A stretch of 64,000 bases of DNA, taken from assembly GCA_030141605.1 (NCBI GenBank), contig JAQGDQ010000002.1, positions 2,108,001-2,172,000 on the forward strand, read 5' to 3'. The DNA is from Tubiluchus corallicola (Eukaryota > Animalia > Priapulida). The position numbers and the translations under genes were made by a program. The notes below the pieces were generated by a model. It ran no database searches, was not told the DNA's origin, and was given only the letters and a program-made list of their open reading frames with translations. This document shows, piece by piece, positions 26,101 to 41,100 of this stretch (position 1 is the first letter of the stretch; each line of letters starts with the position of its first letter).

Positions 26101-29100
26101 ATTAAGTAATCACAACTATTTTACTAAAGCTAGTAAAACAATCATGGAGTAAAGACATCGTATAAAAATTTTCAAACAACTTGAAGACAGAAAAACCCCA
26201 ATGACGACGATAAGACCGCCCTTAATGCTATCACACCCCGAGGCTTTGACGAAATTGACGTAGTTCATTGGAACGAGCAAAACAGCAAAATTGTATACTT
26301 TGGCTTTTAAATATACACTAAAAGATGTTTGGTTAAGCGCCCAAATCTGCCGACTGTTTGCCGTCAAACTTTACCCAGTGACAATTGACACGGAATTTTC
26401 CGGGCGATACGCAGCGAAAGGCAACAATGGTACCATCAAACGGAACAGGTTCAAGGTATTGGAAACACGTTCACAGAATGTAACTCAAACATCATATGCC
26501 TGTTCAAGTATTACTATAACTTGATTTATTCTAGGTCATGAACGAGTTCGAATCAATAATGTCAAGCTAACACGATGATATATCCAACAAATGACGATCC
26601 CAACAGAATTATACCGCCAGATGTCTATATCTATAAGCTCAGTACTCAATATGTTCCTCCTGCACAATATTATAATCTGTATCTGAGTGATTAATAAGTC
26701 TTGTAATTGCAATTTGACACACACGTCTATATGTCTATATAGTCTATATGCCTATATGTCTTCTTTCTTCACTTCATAATTGTACAGTAAAGAGTAATAC
26801 AGGCCTGTATACATTAATTCTATGCACTTACATGAACATTCTTTTACTCTGCACATGTCGTTCATGTGCTCATTCATGCACGCAATCATTTATTCAATCA
26901 TCATGCACATTTGTTTAAAGAGAGGAAAAATGGCATTTTCTTTAAAAAACACTGACCAAATTTCAGAAGCCAAATGCAATTTTATGAATTCACCCAAATA
27001 TGGTAGCTAGTCTTTAAAAAAAGAAATTTACTAACCTTTTTATATTTAATCAATTCTTCTAGTCGGCACTGATATTCCAAACTCTGCAACCAGAGGGCGT
27101 GCCAGCGTCTTTCTAAATTGATGGCAACACTCTGGACGGAGTCTATGTCTATATCAGACGGACAAACTTTGTTGTCGTTCTGCAGATGTTCACTCAACTT
27201 GAGTAATCCGGATATTACCTTCGAGCGGGACTCGATCTCTCGCTGTATCAGCTGAAACAAAAGAGCAGACATGTCAATAGTTATGTATAAAATAATAAAA
27301 CAGTCTGGGCTTTTCGCGGGTGACACAATGCAAAGATGTGTGTTTACATGCTTCTTCTGGCCCTTTATCGGACGATTGATGAAAAATATTACTCCTTTTC
27401 AGGTGTTTAACCGCGCATTAATTCCTCATCCTACTCAGTTTTAGATCATTATTACGTAACTTCAACTTTCAATGAAATGTTTCGATTTGTTGGTCTCAGA
27501 AAGTTTACTGGTTTAGCTATTATCACCTATACCTTAATCATTTACAAAAACAATGAGTTGACAGGCCACTGGAAAAAATTATCATTGTGCTGGGGAAACT
27601 GTGTCAATTGTCAAGAGAGTGAGTTACCAACCCATACAGAGATCACGCGGTAGACTCCTTAGTTAAAATGTCAGTTATTGGAATTGGCAAATCAATGGTC
27701 ATATACGCATAGACGCGACAAGCACCCACTACACTAATGAGCCAGAAATCAACGTACGAGTATTACCCTAATAACTCTCAATAGTGGTGTCTACATCCAA
27801 TCATCCTCGCTCAATGATTTTATCCATGTATTATAAGATAAGGTTACATAGTGCTTAAGAAGTCTGTCTATCTGTCTACAATAATTTTTAGCATTAATAC
27901 TAGTAAAGGACAATACAGGTTGCAAATGGTTTCTTTAGTGCCGGGGTCTGCTTAGCAAATGGAAGAGGACCGTGGAAATACATGTCCCCAGATGTTTTTC
28001 TCGTGAAGAAAATTGTATGTACACCTAAAAACGACTAAAACATTAGCTGTGCTCCAGTCTGACCATAACATTAGCAATAAACTCCGGCATCACAGACTTG
28101 CTACAAAACTACAGTAGGTGCATTTTAAACTCTCTACTGACAGTCAATTCAACCACTCAACCACAATTTTTTTTATCAAACTCTGAAGAGTCATTTGATT
28201 AGTTTTAGCTGCCAGGGTTGTTTGTCAGTTCTAAAAATAATAAGCTGACACGTTAAAAGGTTCTTGATAACTCAACAGCAGTTACATCAACAGAAGAAAC
28301 AGCGGAAAAATCGATTCTGAACTAAATCCGAAACGACGGAAATGAATGTACTAAAAATCTCTTGTTTGTTAAACAGTAAACAATTTACGTTCTTCCTGAT
28401 CACTATGACCCTAAGTTTGGGCATTAGTGTATTTTAACTAACACGATTAATATGTATAAGGAACAACAGCAGTAGTGCGGCAAAATCTTTGCTAAGACAT
28501 GCTAACTAATACAAGTTTTGTATGTATCTTTAAACAGATTTAATGATCCAAAGTACAACGAAAGTTACTATTCATATAAATAAATCATGTATTTCCTAAC
28601 ATTTTATTAGCAGAATATAATTATGCTTTTTTGGTGGTTTTAAAATTCATATGCTTATTTTCTTCTTTATGCAGAGAAACAGAGTTACTTTATGCAGAGA
28701 GCCTAATGTAAGCACCGCCAACAACAAGAATAACATCGTTCACAAATGGTTCATTTTGCAAAATATTTCTGATTAAGCACAGAGAATTTCCATGTTTTTG
28801 CATTGGTGAAATTCTTTTCTTTTCAACATGATGTTTAATTTATAATGAGCGATTGTGACGCAGATTGCGTTTTATTACTTCTGATTAGATCTGATAATTA
28901 CATAATGATGAATATAATTTATAGTAATCATAATTTTCAGATTAGCATAATCAGTTCTGTACATGGCAAATATTTTGTGTAGAAAGTCCAGTCTTGTAAG
29001 CTCGACATATTCTTCTTGCTCGCAGTACTTTCAAAATTAGGCTAAACTGCAAATTAGCCGCACAAAGGCATGTTTTATTAACTTACCAGTCGACACGACC

Positions 29101-32100
29101 ATGTTACATATTTCTTATGGACGCATTAGTTATTTTTAAAAGAATTAAGCCGAAGGAGAAACACAATACTGATGTAACATGAAGTTTTTCTTAAACTATC
29201 TAGCCTCTTTTAAGTCTTCTAAACTTCTGAAAAATTTTGTGTTTAGAAAAGTTCACTTTCATTCATAGTCTATTCATATGATACACATGTATTCTGAATT
29301 TCTCGTGATACCACGTACTGCGAAGTGAAGCTACTGGCACAACGCTAAACACTGTCACTCTGATCCGCGTAAGAACATCATGAAATGTTCAAAGCAAAAT
29401 TAGCAGCTGCAATCATTCTAATCAGATATCAAAACACATGTACACGCTTTGCCAAGCGTTGTAACTGAACACAATAATAGTTCCATGATAACAATAACAT
29501 GGATAAGCGATTAAGCAGGCACAGAGACAATTTGTCTGCACCGGCTGTCTAGACTCAAACATCTGTTCCATTCTGGACAATTCCCTCTACCATTTTCGCT
29601 GGAGCACTACAAATAGAATATCTTGACCATGCGCTATAATTTTTGTAATTTTTGACTTGAAAAGTTTCCCGACTTGAATGTTTGAAGATATTCAAAAGAA
29701 AAAGACAAAACGTTCTGGCATCAGCATTCACTGTTTAGGTATTCTATGTGTAAAAGGCATAATTATTACAAAGGTGTGAAAAAGGACTGGTCCATTTTGC
29801 AAACAAGCACAAAACACCTATAGTTATATCGCGTATTTGCATAGTTATACGAGAACAATAATAATTTACACACCCCAGAGCAATGGTCTTTCAAGTGTTT
29901 TGTTTCATTGTTACGTGTAAAAAAATCAGAAACTGGCGTGTGTTTGGTCATAAAGCGCAAATCATGACACATTATGTAAACTCGTGAATTTCATCTTCAT
30001 TTGTGCTCTAAAAATAAAATGGAAAACCACACACAATTAGCTGACGTAGAGGTGTGTTTCTTAGTATTTTTGGTCAAATTACTATACAACGTATGCGTTC
30101 TAAAAATAAAATCAACCACAGCTGTAACGAATACAAAAATACGTTTACCCAGAGAAACTGACCGAGAAAAAACACGAGCTTAGGGCGGCGGAGATTCAAG
30201 AGTCACTTCTTTACGTAGGTTAGCTTGAGTAGTTCCACGCTATACTAGTCTACTGGTGATTCAATTCAGAAAATAAAAGCATGAACTCATTTAATGACAT
30301 TTAAAGCGCAGGAGTGTCCATTTTTTAGATTTGCCTTGAACACACGCTCCTACTCTTGAAACGCACACCCATTGGCGCCCGAGGCGGACGCAGTGACGCA
30401 CGTGCGTCCACAGAATTTCTCAAGAAAATTTTTTATGGCTAGATAAAGTTTTTCAGCAGTAAAGCAAGAAACACACCAACCCCTTGTTTGTTTGCGCAAT
30501 CCCCGAGCAGTCTGCTGATTTGCATAGTGAAGTTCAGCTTATGTATATCACTTACATAATGTTGATTCTCTTATCGATTTTCGTTGTCTAGACAGTTTTT
30601 AGCCACTGTAACTGTACTTCTGCATTTAGGGGGTGGGCCCAAGCCCCTTTAACGGTAGTAGTGAAATTATGAGTCACGAGTTTGAGGTGAAATTGCCTGA
30701 GGAAATAGCTTCTAGCAACCGCAAAATGGTCTAGAATCCAGTAAAACTGCATTTAGCTGTGACCAGTGGAAAAATTAACACGCATGCAAACATATTTTAA
30801 TATATGTTTTAATATTTTAACATGTTTTAACACATTTAAAAATTTTGTATGAACAGTGGGTGGGCTCAAATCAGTTTTATGTTTGACCATTCACATTTTG
30901 CTGGATAGATTGCAGTGTATTACGGACTTGCTTTTAAGATATATGACTACTACAATAGAATACAATGAATATTACCTAGGTAAATATAGGTAAAATATAT
31001 TTATTAAAGCAGAATATTTCACGTTTGGTGAAGTCTAAGTACCAGCCTTTAGATCTCATTTGAGGCCTCAAAAATGTCCTTAAATACAGAAAAATGCGTT
31101 GATGACCCCCGGACTCCCTAGCTGCTTGTGCGTCCAATTTTTTAACCTCTGGCGGCGCCCATGCGTACAACTGCGTCTAGTTGAACAGTACTCGTGAAAT
31201 AACGCCAGGTGGCTCCCAAACAATGAGATAATTTACCAAGAAGCACTTCAGCTAATCTGATTTGCTACTAAAAATTAAAGTTGTTAATACTTAGGCAAGC
31301 TTTATTCATTTAAAAAAAAATCACTGTAGCATGAAGTGCAAACCATACGGTATGGTTTCCCAGGCTGCTTTCCTGCCTTCGAGTTAGTCATCACTTGGCG
31401 AGTTTACACTGCAGTTGAAACGGTGTCTAGAACAGTTTTGTGTATAGCCAAATAATATCCGAAAACTTTTCTGTGAGCAAGGAGCCAAGGTCAGACCTTA
31501 TTCTGCCAATCTATGAATTCAGGTTACATTAGTTACAGTTTAGAGTAAAGTTTAATACCCTTATAGTAAGTTAAGGTGTACCCAGCCTTGTTGAGGAGTT
31601 TGGGAACTGATCATGTTCTCTCAAATAAAAAGAAGATAGTATTGACTTGCATTTTTTGTGATATTGACATTGAATAAACAATAAACGACTATACTGAAAA
31701 GTGCCAGATGGATTGTATGAGGCGAGAAAACATATGAATATTCATACTTAAAATGGATATCAGTTGCTTCCATTACAAAACACGCCCAATAATTTCCATA
31801 ACATGCACTATGTAAATTTACTCTGCAAAGCTGCAGCTACATTCAGCAATAATCAGTCGTCTGCAGGCTCTACTGCTGAAGCTATAAACTAATGCATGCT
31901 GTTACTGATAAAGCTTTATCGTAACAGAAGCCAGAAAAAATAACACACACAGTATCTAATATATAGCTTCTCCCAATATTAAAACAAAACAAATGCGGTA
32001 ATATTACAGCGTACACACAGACACGTGGAAGCAAACTAAATGTAGCTCAGATGAAAGGTTGTTCAGGACAAAGGGCATGAATGGACAATAAGAGATTGTG

Positions 32101-35100
32101 ACAGGGTGAATAAGGGTTGCCCCGTATGGATACCATTTCTTTGTTGAGAGCTAATATGCGGAACAATAATGTAGGATATTTCATTGATTACTATAATAAT
32201 CGGTCAGTATGTCTGGGATCGCCACGCAATCTAATATTGTGTTTTTACTAACTTTGAGTAAATGAAAGATTAACAAAATTTATTATTTCATTCAAAACAG
32301 TGTATACTGTAAGTTTAGTCAGTCTTCCAGAGGTTTCGCAGCATTTTGATATTATTTTACCAGCCATACTAAGAACACTGTTAATTCACCAAGCAGCTAT
32401 TATTTATTGTTCACCATTTGGAGCTAGACCAGTGAAAACTAATAAAGTTTAGATTCTATAGAACACTGACAAAATCCTGGTAAAAAAGTGTTGACACACG
32501 TGCGATGGAACGGTGACATTCAGAAATACAAAAATCTTTTTAATTTGAAAGTGAACTAAAGTATACACATACCGAATGTAAGAGAAACTAACCCGTGTTC
32601 GCAGAAGCCAACGTGAAATAGCGACACTGCTCTGACAAAATTTTCGTTTGACAGTCAGGCGAACAGAAATTTACTTAAACTCCAACTGAAAACTCAAAGG
32701 AGTTTCTACAGACACATCAGTTACCCCTACACTGCACTTCACATCACGCTTATACGCTTCGCTTCTGTACGTTGTTATGATAAAACATAAGCCTAAAATA
32801 ACCATCATAAACCCCAGTCTGAGAAGAGAATAGCGGCATAGGAGTCATTTAGTGCTTGTCATTATCACTTGCGATCCTTACTCGCTTTTTTCTCACTAAT
32901 AACTCGGATTTGATGCTTCAGCAAAATCAGTTTAGTACGAACTCCTATCATTTAGATCCAAACTAGTATGTCAGAAATTATATAACAGATGGGAGAAAGA
33001 GAACTGAAATTTACCTTGGAAAGAAGCCCAGCATAACAGCATACAGGTCGCTGCTAAACTATCAAGCACCGTCATTATTGCCAGTATTTCGGTAATATAA
33101 TATCTATGCGCGTGGACCACATACTGACCGCTCCAAACAAATGTCCAGACAGCGAAACGGCAAGTATTCTTCAAAACGAAACAGCAGGAATTGGTTAGCA
33201 GGAAAAACTATTCACTAGGCAACATCTGTTTACCAATCCGGTGAGAAACGTGACTGAAAATAACGTTGTTTTAACAATGAAACGATCGAGTCAGGCGATG
33301 GGGCACAAGCACACTGTTGGGCGATACTGTATCATAAGAAATGTTTTTGTATTCAATATTAAGGACGTGCACAAGAGTTGTTACAAACCCATTTTTGTAG
33401 TCTAGGAAGAGCATTCTTAAAGTTTATTTCCCTTTTTGTAGTCTAGGAACAGCATTACTAAAGTTTGTCCTCACCGGTCTCATACATGCCTTATTTCTCA
33501 ATTTCGCAAAGTTTAAATACAATAAATTACGCATGTTCTGCGAGTTTGCGACAGTGTGCATAAAGTTATCGGCAAGAAAAACAATATTATTGTAGGAGCG
33601 CTCTAAAATTACAGAAGCATGTGTCGTACGCCCATCTGTCACCATACTCAAACGGTTCCTTCACAATACCACCAATCAAGATAATCAACGCCTGACAATT
33701 AACGATAATGAGTCGAACTAGAAATCCATACACGAAGCTAACATTTGCTCAATTCGACAGACGTAGCCTCGTACGTCGTCGAACTATAGGATGTAACTAA
33801 TCTGAATACTGTAAAATCGCAAAATCATCTAAATAAAATGCGAATTAGTAACGTCACAGAGTAAATATCTCCGCCAAAATTCATGTCTCCACCCAAAATT
33901 TATCGCGCTTAGCCTCAAAGACCATAACTCACAAATTAATACAACGCATGACTGTTTCCTACGCAGTGCCACCATCGAGCCATTACCTTTCACTATACAA
34001 ACAGTGAAACGATTAAATAACGAATTAAGCTGAAATACTGGAGCATCAACAGACAGGATGGAATTTTTCTATATCGTGCCAGCAATGGCTTTGCAAATTA
34101 AGAACGCGTTGACCTTCAATTACTGCCGTTTTACAACACTCGAGGATTTACACTTTGCTGCTATTATATGCAACTATAAAATTTTTATGAAGAATTATGG
34201 TACCATGCTGCCAGGGGAGGTTGGGAACAGAATTAAAATGAAGTACTACAAAAAGATAAAATATGCATGCCTTCTTTCAAAAGTTCTGGCAACTCGTAAT
34301 TTATCTAAATGCACGGGTAAAAATCACCTGTAATCACTAAATAATTGTAATCAGTGAGTAAAGCAACCTCCACAATATTAACTATACAATCACCAACAAA
34401 AATCAGACTTCAAATGCTAAACTTTTCGTACATTATTGCTTACCGACAGCCGCTGAGAAAAGATAGGAGCAGAGAGAAAGTCAAGGAGGGGATAAAAGAG
34501 TAAAATGCACAAGGCGTGATGCAACCGCCACAAAACGAAAACGCATCACTAATTTAAGCTCTTCCATCAATGTCAAGGCAGATTTCCATACAGCTTAATT
34601 TCCGCATGAGATCGAATGATACGAAATAGATTCATAAAGGAAAGCGAGAAAAGCTTGACTTCCTGAGTTGAATAAATCATTAATCAATTTCACAATGTAG
34701 AAAATGAAAAACTTGGTCAAAAATATCTTTGGACTAGAAGGCCACGGCTCCATGATTGTGCAACGCAGTGACTGTGGTGCGTGCAGCAATAACTAAACAT
34801 TCTAACCATCGGCTAAATAATGCTTTGCTGATCAGTTTCGAATCGGCCTTCGGACAAGTGACCTCAACTGGTTTTTTGCACTACGTGTATAGAATACCAG
34901 CAAGTTGTAAAATTTATGACATTAATTGGCAACACAAGAATAATGGCACCAGCATTCTTGTAACATTGACAGACTGGAGTGAGCAAGTTGTAGTTGCTGG
35001 AAGCTACAATGAAGGTTTTGTGAAAACAAGTACATTAGGCCATACATATGTTCATATAAGTATGTATTACAATTATTATTATTCACAGATTAGGTGATTA

Positions 35101-38100
35101 ATGATTTAAAAAAGTCTTTCGGAAAATGTGAATAAAGGAAATAAGTAATACAGTACAGTTTAAAATTAAATATGTGTCATTAGCTTTAGCACATAGGTTA
35201 AATAAAATTAACGCCTTGAACTAATAAGTTTTACAGTTCAACTGTAGACACAAGAAAACTGAAATGTGATTTAGATAAGTTAAATTAGACATCATAAGAA
35301 TTTCAAATGTGTTTTGGTAACTCAGATGTTACGTGGGTAGGTTAAATGTAAATCGGTAATTAACTCATTTAAGTGCAACATACAACGCGACAAACCAAAT
35401 ATATTTTATTGTCATGGTGCCATCGGAATCGATTTTTATTATATTTAATTAATTTGCAACTATTCTGCTCATTTTTATGGACGTGAATATATTTTTAAAT
35501 GTGAATAAAATGTTTTATTTAAAGAAAAACAATTGTGCTGTTCAGTTGAAAGTGACATAACAATTTAGAATTGCTCCATTATATAAACAGCTACCAAATA
35601 TGTTTACTTTATTAGTGTAGTAATGACGGGATTAATGCAAAGTGCATGAAAAACTCAATGATTTTCCACTTGTGCTTTCACCTCTTCCTTTAATCAAAGC
35701 TAGTGAAAAAATATTCAAAAACATTTAATAGTGTACTAATTAACCAATGTACCTGATACTGCACAATATAAGTCAACAAAGTGATAATTAAAAAGTATAT
35801 GATACACAAAATACAAATATTACATGTTTAAACTCAACAGACTTTGTCTTTTGTTTTTTTTCATTGCAAATGTGATGCAGAAAAGCTGAACAAAGTGTTT
35901 TTCACACCTGCAGGCAAAAGACACCACGAAATTAAACATTTGCAGTTAACATAGTGACACAGAAAGAAAGAAATTCTTTCAAGCAATTTGAACATTTCTA
36001 ATTTGCCATAAAATTTTGTAAGAAATCTTAGGTAGCCTCAATATAACAACAAAACATCATTTTTAAATTTTATGACGTACTGAATTTGGCAACCACACTC
36101 ATGATAAAGCATAAAGTTCAAGCAATACAAGGTTTACAAAGCAAAAAATACACGTTAATATGATATCGAATTGGTTAAGTTACTGTGTACATGGCAACTG
36201 CAATATACATTCCCCACCGACTACAGATTGACCATTTTGCAGGAAGTAGCCCACAGCTTATAGGAACTAACGAACAGGCGAATAGAACACAAAGCTGAGT
36301 GCGGATCAATAAACGTATACAGAGTTACTCTTCAAAGGTTATAAGCAACATTGGGAGTTGCACTGTACAAAGGCGCTCAGACATCAAATCAAAGAACAAG
36401 AAAGAAAAATCCATGATCATGTCGCCAAGTAATGTAAGGTCATTGGACCTTCTAGGATTTATAGCAGGTATGAAATCAACTGCCTTTCTTTACGATTACT
36501 CGTTTGACAAAAGCTGAATCAGAAGAAAGATACATTTTGTGTTTGGTGAAACTTAAGCTGCGTCAAGCACTTGTGATCAAGAAGAGTTTTGTAACGCAAT
36601 TTGGTTCTTCGAAAGACAGAGGTTCCAGGAACATTCTCTTGTCTTGTGAATGTGTTCTTTTCTATAGTGTCCGCCAGAATTAACCAGAAACACAACACCC
36701 ACTTCCTTTAAATGCTAAGCTACAAGGGTAATAGGTTATTACATTTAAGAGAATGAATTTCACGACAATCAACCTTTAAAATATTCGCACTATAACGTCA
36801 CGGTTTCAATACTTAATAACTGCGGATTCATTCCAATTAACGTATTTTTCAATGCGCAGAGAGTAAAAAGGACAAAAGGCTAAAAGAAGAAGCACATCAA
36901 TTACGCCACTTTCCCACTGAAAATCTTGTCTCTTGACAACCCAGTAGGGACATTAGTAAATTCTAATGCTGTCTCGTTGACAAAGCTGTTTAGTTCTGTT
37001 AAAACGTCCATCATACCAAAGAGTAATTACTAACGGACATGTAACACGTAAATCATAACCTGGTTTTAATGTTTAATTCCAGTAAATGTACACAGAATGT
37101 CATTGTTCCCTAGACCTTTTTATAATCTTTTCATAAAGCTCAATGGGTGCATGCACGCAACAAATACTCATCACAAATAACTCTTTCAAGGCTGGACTAT
37201 TTTTCACGAAAATAATCACAGGAAAATTATTATTTAAACTCGCATACAACATCCAACGTCAAAGAAATGTCTAACAAAAGCGGGGCGGACAGGGATAGGT
37301 AAAAGCACCTGCTTTTAGCGGTGGTACAATATGATCACGCACCTATCAAACCATGAGTAATTAAATAAACAAACAATGTATAGACTGTGTAAACATCATG
37401 GAAATTTGCCTTGTAAATAAGCTATGCGTAAATAAGCCTAAATTTAAGATTTACAAATTAAATTCAAATGGAATTATTAATATATAATTACAATTTATAA
37501 ATATATAATTTAACTGTCATGGGTGATTTAAATACCACTGAAATGTAATAGCAAAATGCTCTGCTACGTTTTTCCAATATCCATACAAAAAACAAAACGC
37601 CTTGAAATAAAGTTATATAATAAAGGAAGTTCTTTAGAACTTCTCAACCCTGATATGGAGTTTTGCAACAACTCGTGTCCCTTTGTACACAAAAACTACT
37701 TCTTCCTTAGAGTATCGACTTTCGGTTGTAAGGCAATAATCGCTAAATAATTAATAGGTTCTTATTAGTTATAAACACAGCGGAGCAAATTAAAAAATGC
37801 TAGCAACGGTCCAGTAATTAAGCACGTTTCCAATCATATCAGATTCTCTTTACATGAAACATAATTGATTACTTGTTAGTAGCAACATTGAACAATGCAT
37901 TAACATTTAAATATGTAAAAATATTGAGTGCCAGTCTGCATTCCTTACCTTCTTAGTATGTTATTGAAATCAGTGAATATAAATAAGAAATAAAACAGAG
38001 TTGATGCATGACTACGATGCACGAACGTTCATAGGCACACTGATGTTAGTTTTTAAAGCTGTACAATAAAGAAAAAATCAAAACCTGTATATATTGTACC

Positions 38101-41100
38101 TTAATTGAATTTATGCCTAAAAGGCGTTATTTAAATTAAATTTATCAAGACAAACTTTTTTGTATTACTCGTAAAATTACAAATTGAAAATTTACAGTTT
38201 TTGTGGGTTGCTACACTAAACTGACGAAGAAATAATTGGGCTACTGTTTTAATAAGCCCATATGGAAAACCGTGTGGTCTATTAGGGGAAAGGCCGATAC
38301 AAGGATTTTAAATAACCAAACCTACCTGAATGATAATCTGCAGGTAAGCTTAAATCCACTGCCACCGATAGATAATCCCAATATTGGGGAAACAAGCAGA
38401 GACTCTTCTATCGTCACTAACACAACAGCACTAACATAACAGAGCTAACTGAAAGCACAGGAACTCTTCTCACAGCCCAGTGCGCAGATTTGTAAGAAAG
38501 TTGCTCATTGGCTAGAGCAGCCAAAAGCAGATTATTGCCTTGTTCACGTAAAAATGCCCGAAGCAGGATTAGATGATAAAATACAGGTGAAAAACTCAAG
38601 TGCGGCAACGACAATACATCGAGCTTAAACGCACCTGTTTGCTTGGATTAAAATTAACCGATAAGGACATGCAGATAAGCACGCAAAGTACACGTCACCC
38701 AAGCCAAACCACTCATAGAATACAATCCATTTCTATTGTTTTCAAAGATACTTTTACAACTTACTTTAACACCACGAAGATCACCTTATTTTAGCAACAA
38801 AATTTATGATTTTTTATTTTTTTTACTTATCGGTTATCAGAACAACAAGGAACAAACGTTACCAATAAAAATTTATATGTCTATACTCTATATAGACTTG
38901 ATTTAAACTGAACTGTTCTTCACTAAATCAAGCTAACAAAAATGAACTTAATTCGTCATCTTAGACGTTACTAGACTCAGAAGACTTACAAACGTAATAA
39001 AACAATTAAAAACACTGCACTAAAATACGTCTATATCATTAATGGATCAAAACTCTGAAACGAGAAAGTACAAAGGTTTGCTTGCTCAGCAGTAGTTACG
39101 CTAAACAAAAAGAGAGTTATCTCAAATCTTACGTATGCCGACTATCAAGTACAAATAAATGAAATCCACAAATAGACGGTTACAGCATAACAGTTGTGCG
39201 CACTTTAAACCATGTTTGTTGACATTACAGATTTAAATATTCGTTTGCCCAATAGTAGAGTAGTACAGACCTTATGGCATAGACAGGCAAGCACTTCGGG
39301 ATATGCACGCACATTTTGAATGCCGTTCATTGGTATAAGTAAAATACGACGATGCCTACAAGATTCGTCGAATACTTATCAAGAAATTACCAACCCATCC
39401 AAAATTTCTCACCCGATCATCCTATCTTGAGTTATAGGCCTAATGTGACATCTAATAATATAAAAATAATGTTAAAAATACAAAGATCTAGAAAAGAATT
39501 ACGGTTTAGGGAATACCCTGATAAGGTTAACATACTCCTTCCCCACTTAATTCTATTTCTATAAAAAATTCTATTAAGACAGGCGACACATACAAAGAGG
39601 ATAAAATATGGTTATTAAAAACCATCACAAACTATATACATATTTACAAGAATAGAATTAATTTGAAGGTAATAAATTAAAACCCATTAGCATTAAAAAT
39701 GGTTTTTTGACATGTGTAAAATCAGTTGCATTGACATAACACTGCCAAGCACAATTGCTACATACTTGTTATATGAAGATAATAATTTAAAACATATTAG
39801 TATAGCAAATAAATTTTTTGGCAAATGTAAAATTAGTTGCATTGACATAAAACTGCAACGCACACTTGCTTCATGCAAGTTTTTACTCACAGTAATTGAT
39901 TCTGATTGGTTATTTTGTGCTACAAATTTGATTGATTTTTAGTTGACTTACTAATTAGTAAATCATACCAGAGTAGCGGATATTACATTTCCCTGATCAT
40001 TCTTATGACCCAAGTTACACACAATCATCCAAAGCTTGGAGTACCAATGATAAAAATAATTTACGTCACAATAATTATGCTTAAATAAAATGTTTTTGAT
40101 TGTAATAATCTGCTTACAAAATTAATTGTTCTCTGTTCCCAATACACATGGAATGAAATTTTTAGCATTAACCAAAATGTAGTATTTGCATTTCTGTGTG
40201 GGTATATTTTTTTATTTTTCTGTGAACATTATTCCATGACAGACATTCTGTTTACAGCTTGCTTAACGATTCCTGAACAATAATTCACTATCATACGTTG
40301 AACAAGAAGACAGTGTGCCTGAAATTTAGCTACCAACAATGGATTTGGCTGCCCTCCAATGAAATATTCTGGTATTAGCAATAATTTTTTATGCATTTTA
40401 CTGCACCTAGAATTTACTTCTGATGTAATAGTTGACATCAGCTCATGGGTGCACCATTTCCCTCGCATCTTTTTATTGCTAAACCTGCTACACAACTTTG
40501 ATATGTTCATTTGGTTTATGCTCTAGATTAAGACATAACATAATAATAAGTCGATTACACTATTAATGTAATAATCTGTATTAAATATTTTGTTCAGCCC
40601 CCACCAAGTTCCCAATACATCCACAACCAAGGAATTGAATTAAACTTGGCAAAATAAGCAACATTGTAGTATACTGTTGCATTTGGCTATTATTATTTTT
40701 TGTTGCATACAGCAAAAAGAGAATTTTTTCTGCTGTTTTTGGGTATTAACAGTATTGATGTTTCTTATGTGAACTGTATTCCTTTAAAATTCCATCGTCT
40801 TGTACAGATTTTCCCATGAATAGCCTCATTAAGAAATTCCCATACCCATGTAACAAAAGGTACTGAAAAACACAGTCCACGTGTCAAATTCGCTCTCTAA
40901 AGCAGCTAGCAAAATGTAATTTCATCCGAGCAACATGGAATGGAACAGAAATAAACCTTCACTTTTCCTTGCAGCTGCTGCTTTGGACAAATTTTACGCT
41001 TTAAACTAGCAAAAATGAGAATTCATTTATTACATTAAAATCAATTATATTGCTTTGTATGCAAATGATATTACTTTCTCAACCAAGCATAAAAAGCATG

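Noticed and set aside
33015-33074. ATG..TTCCAAG|GTAAAT signal-peptide-like mini exon
   Set aside because: Phase 1 donor is incompatible with the phase 0 downstream klar exon; no partner exon found.
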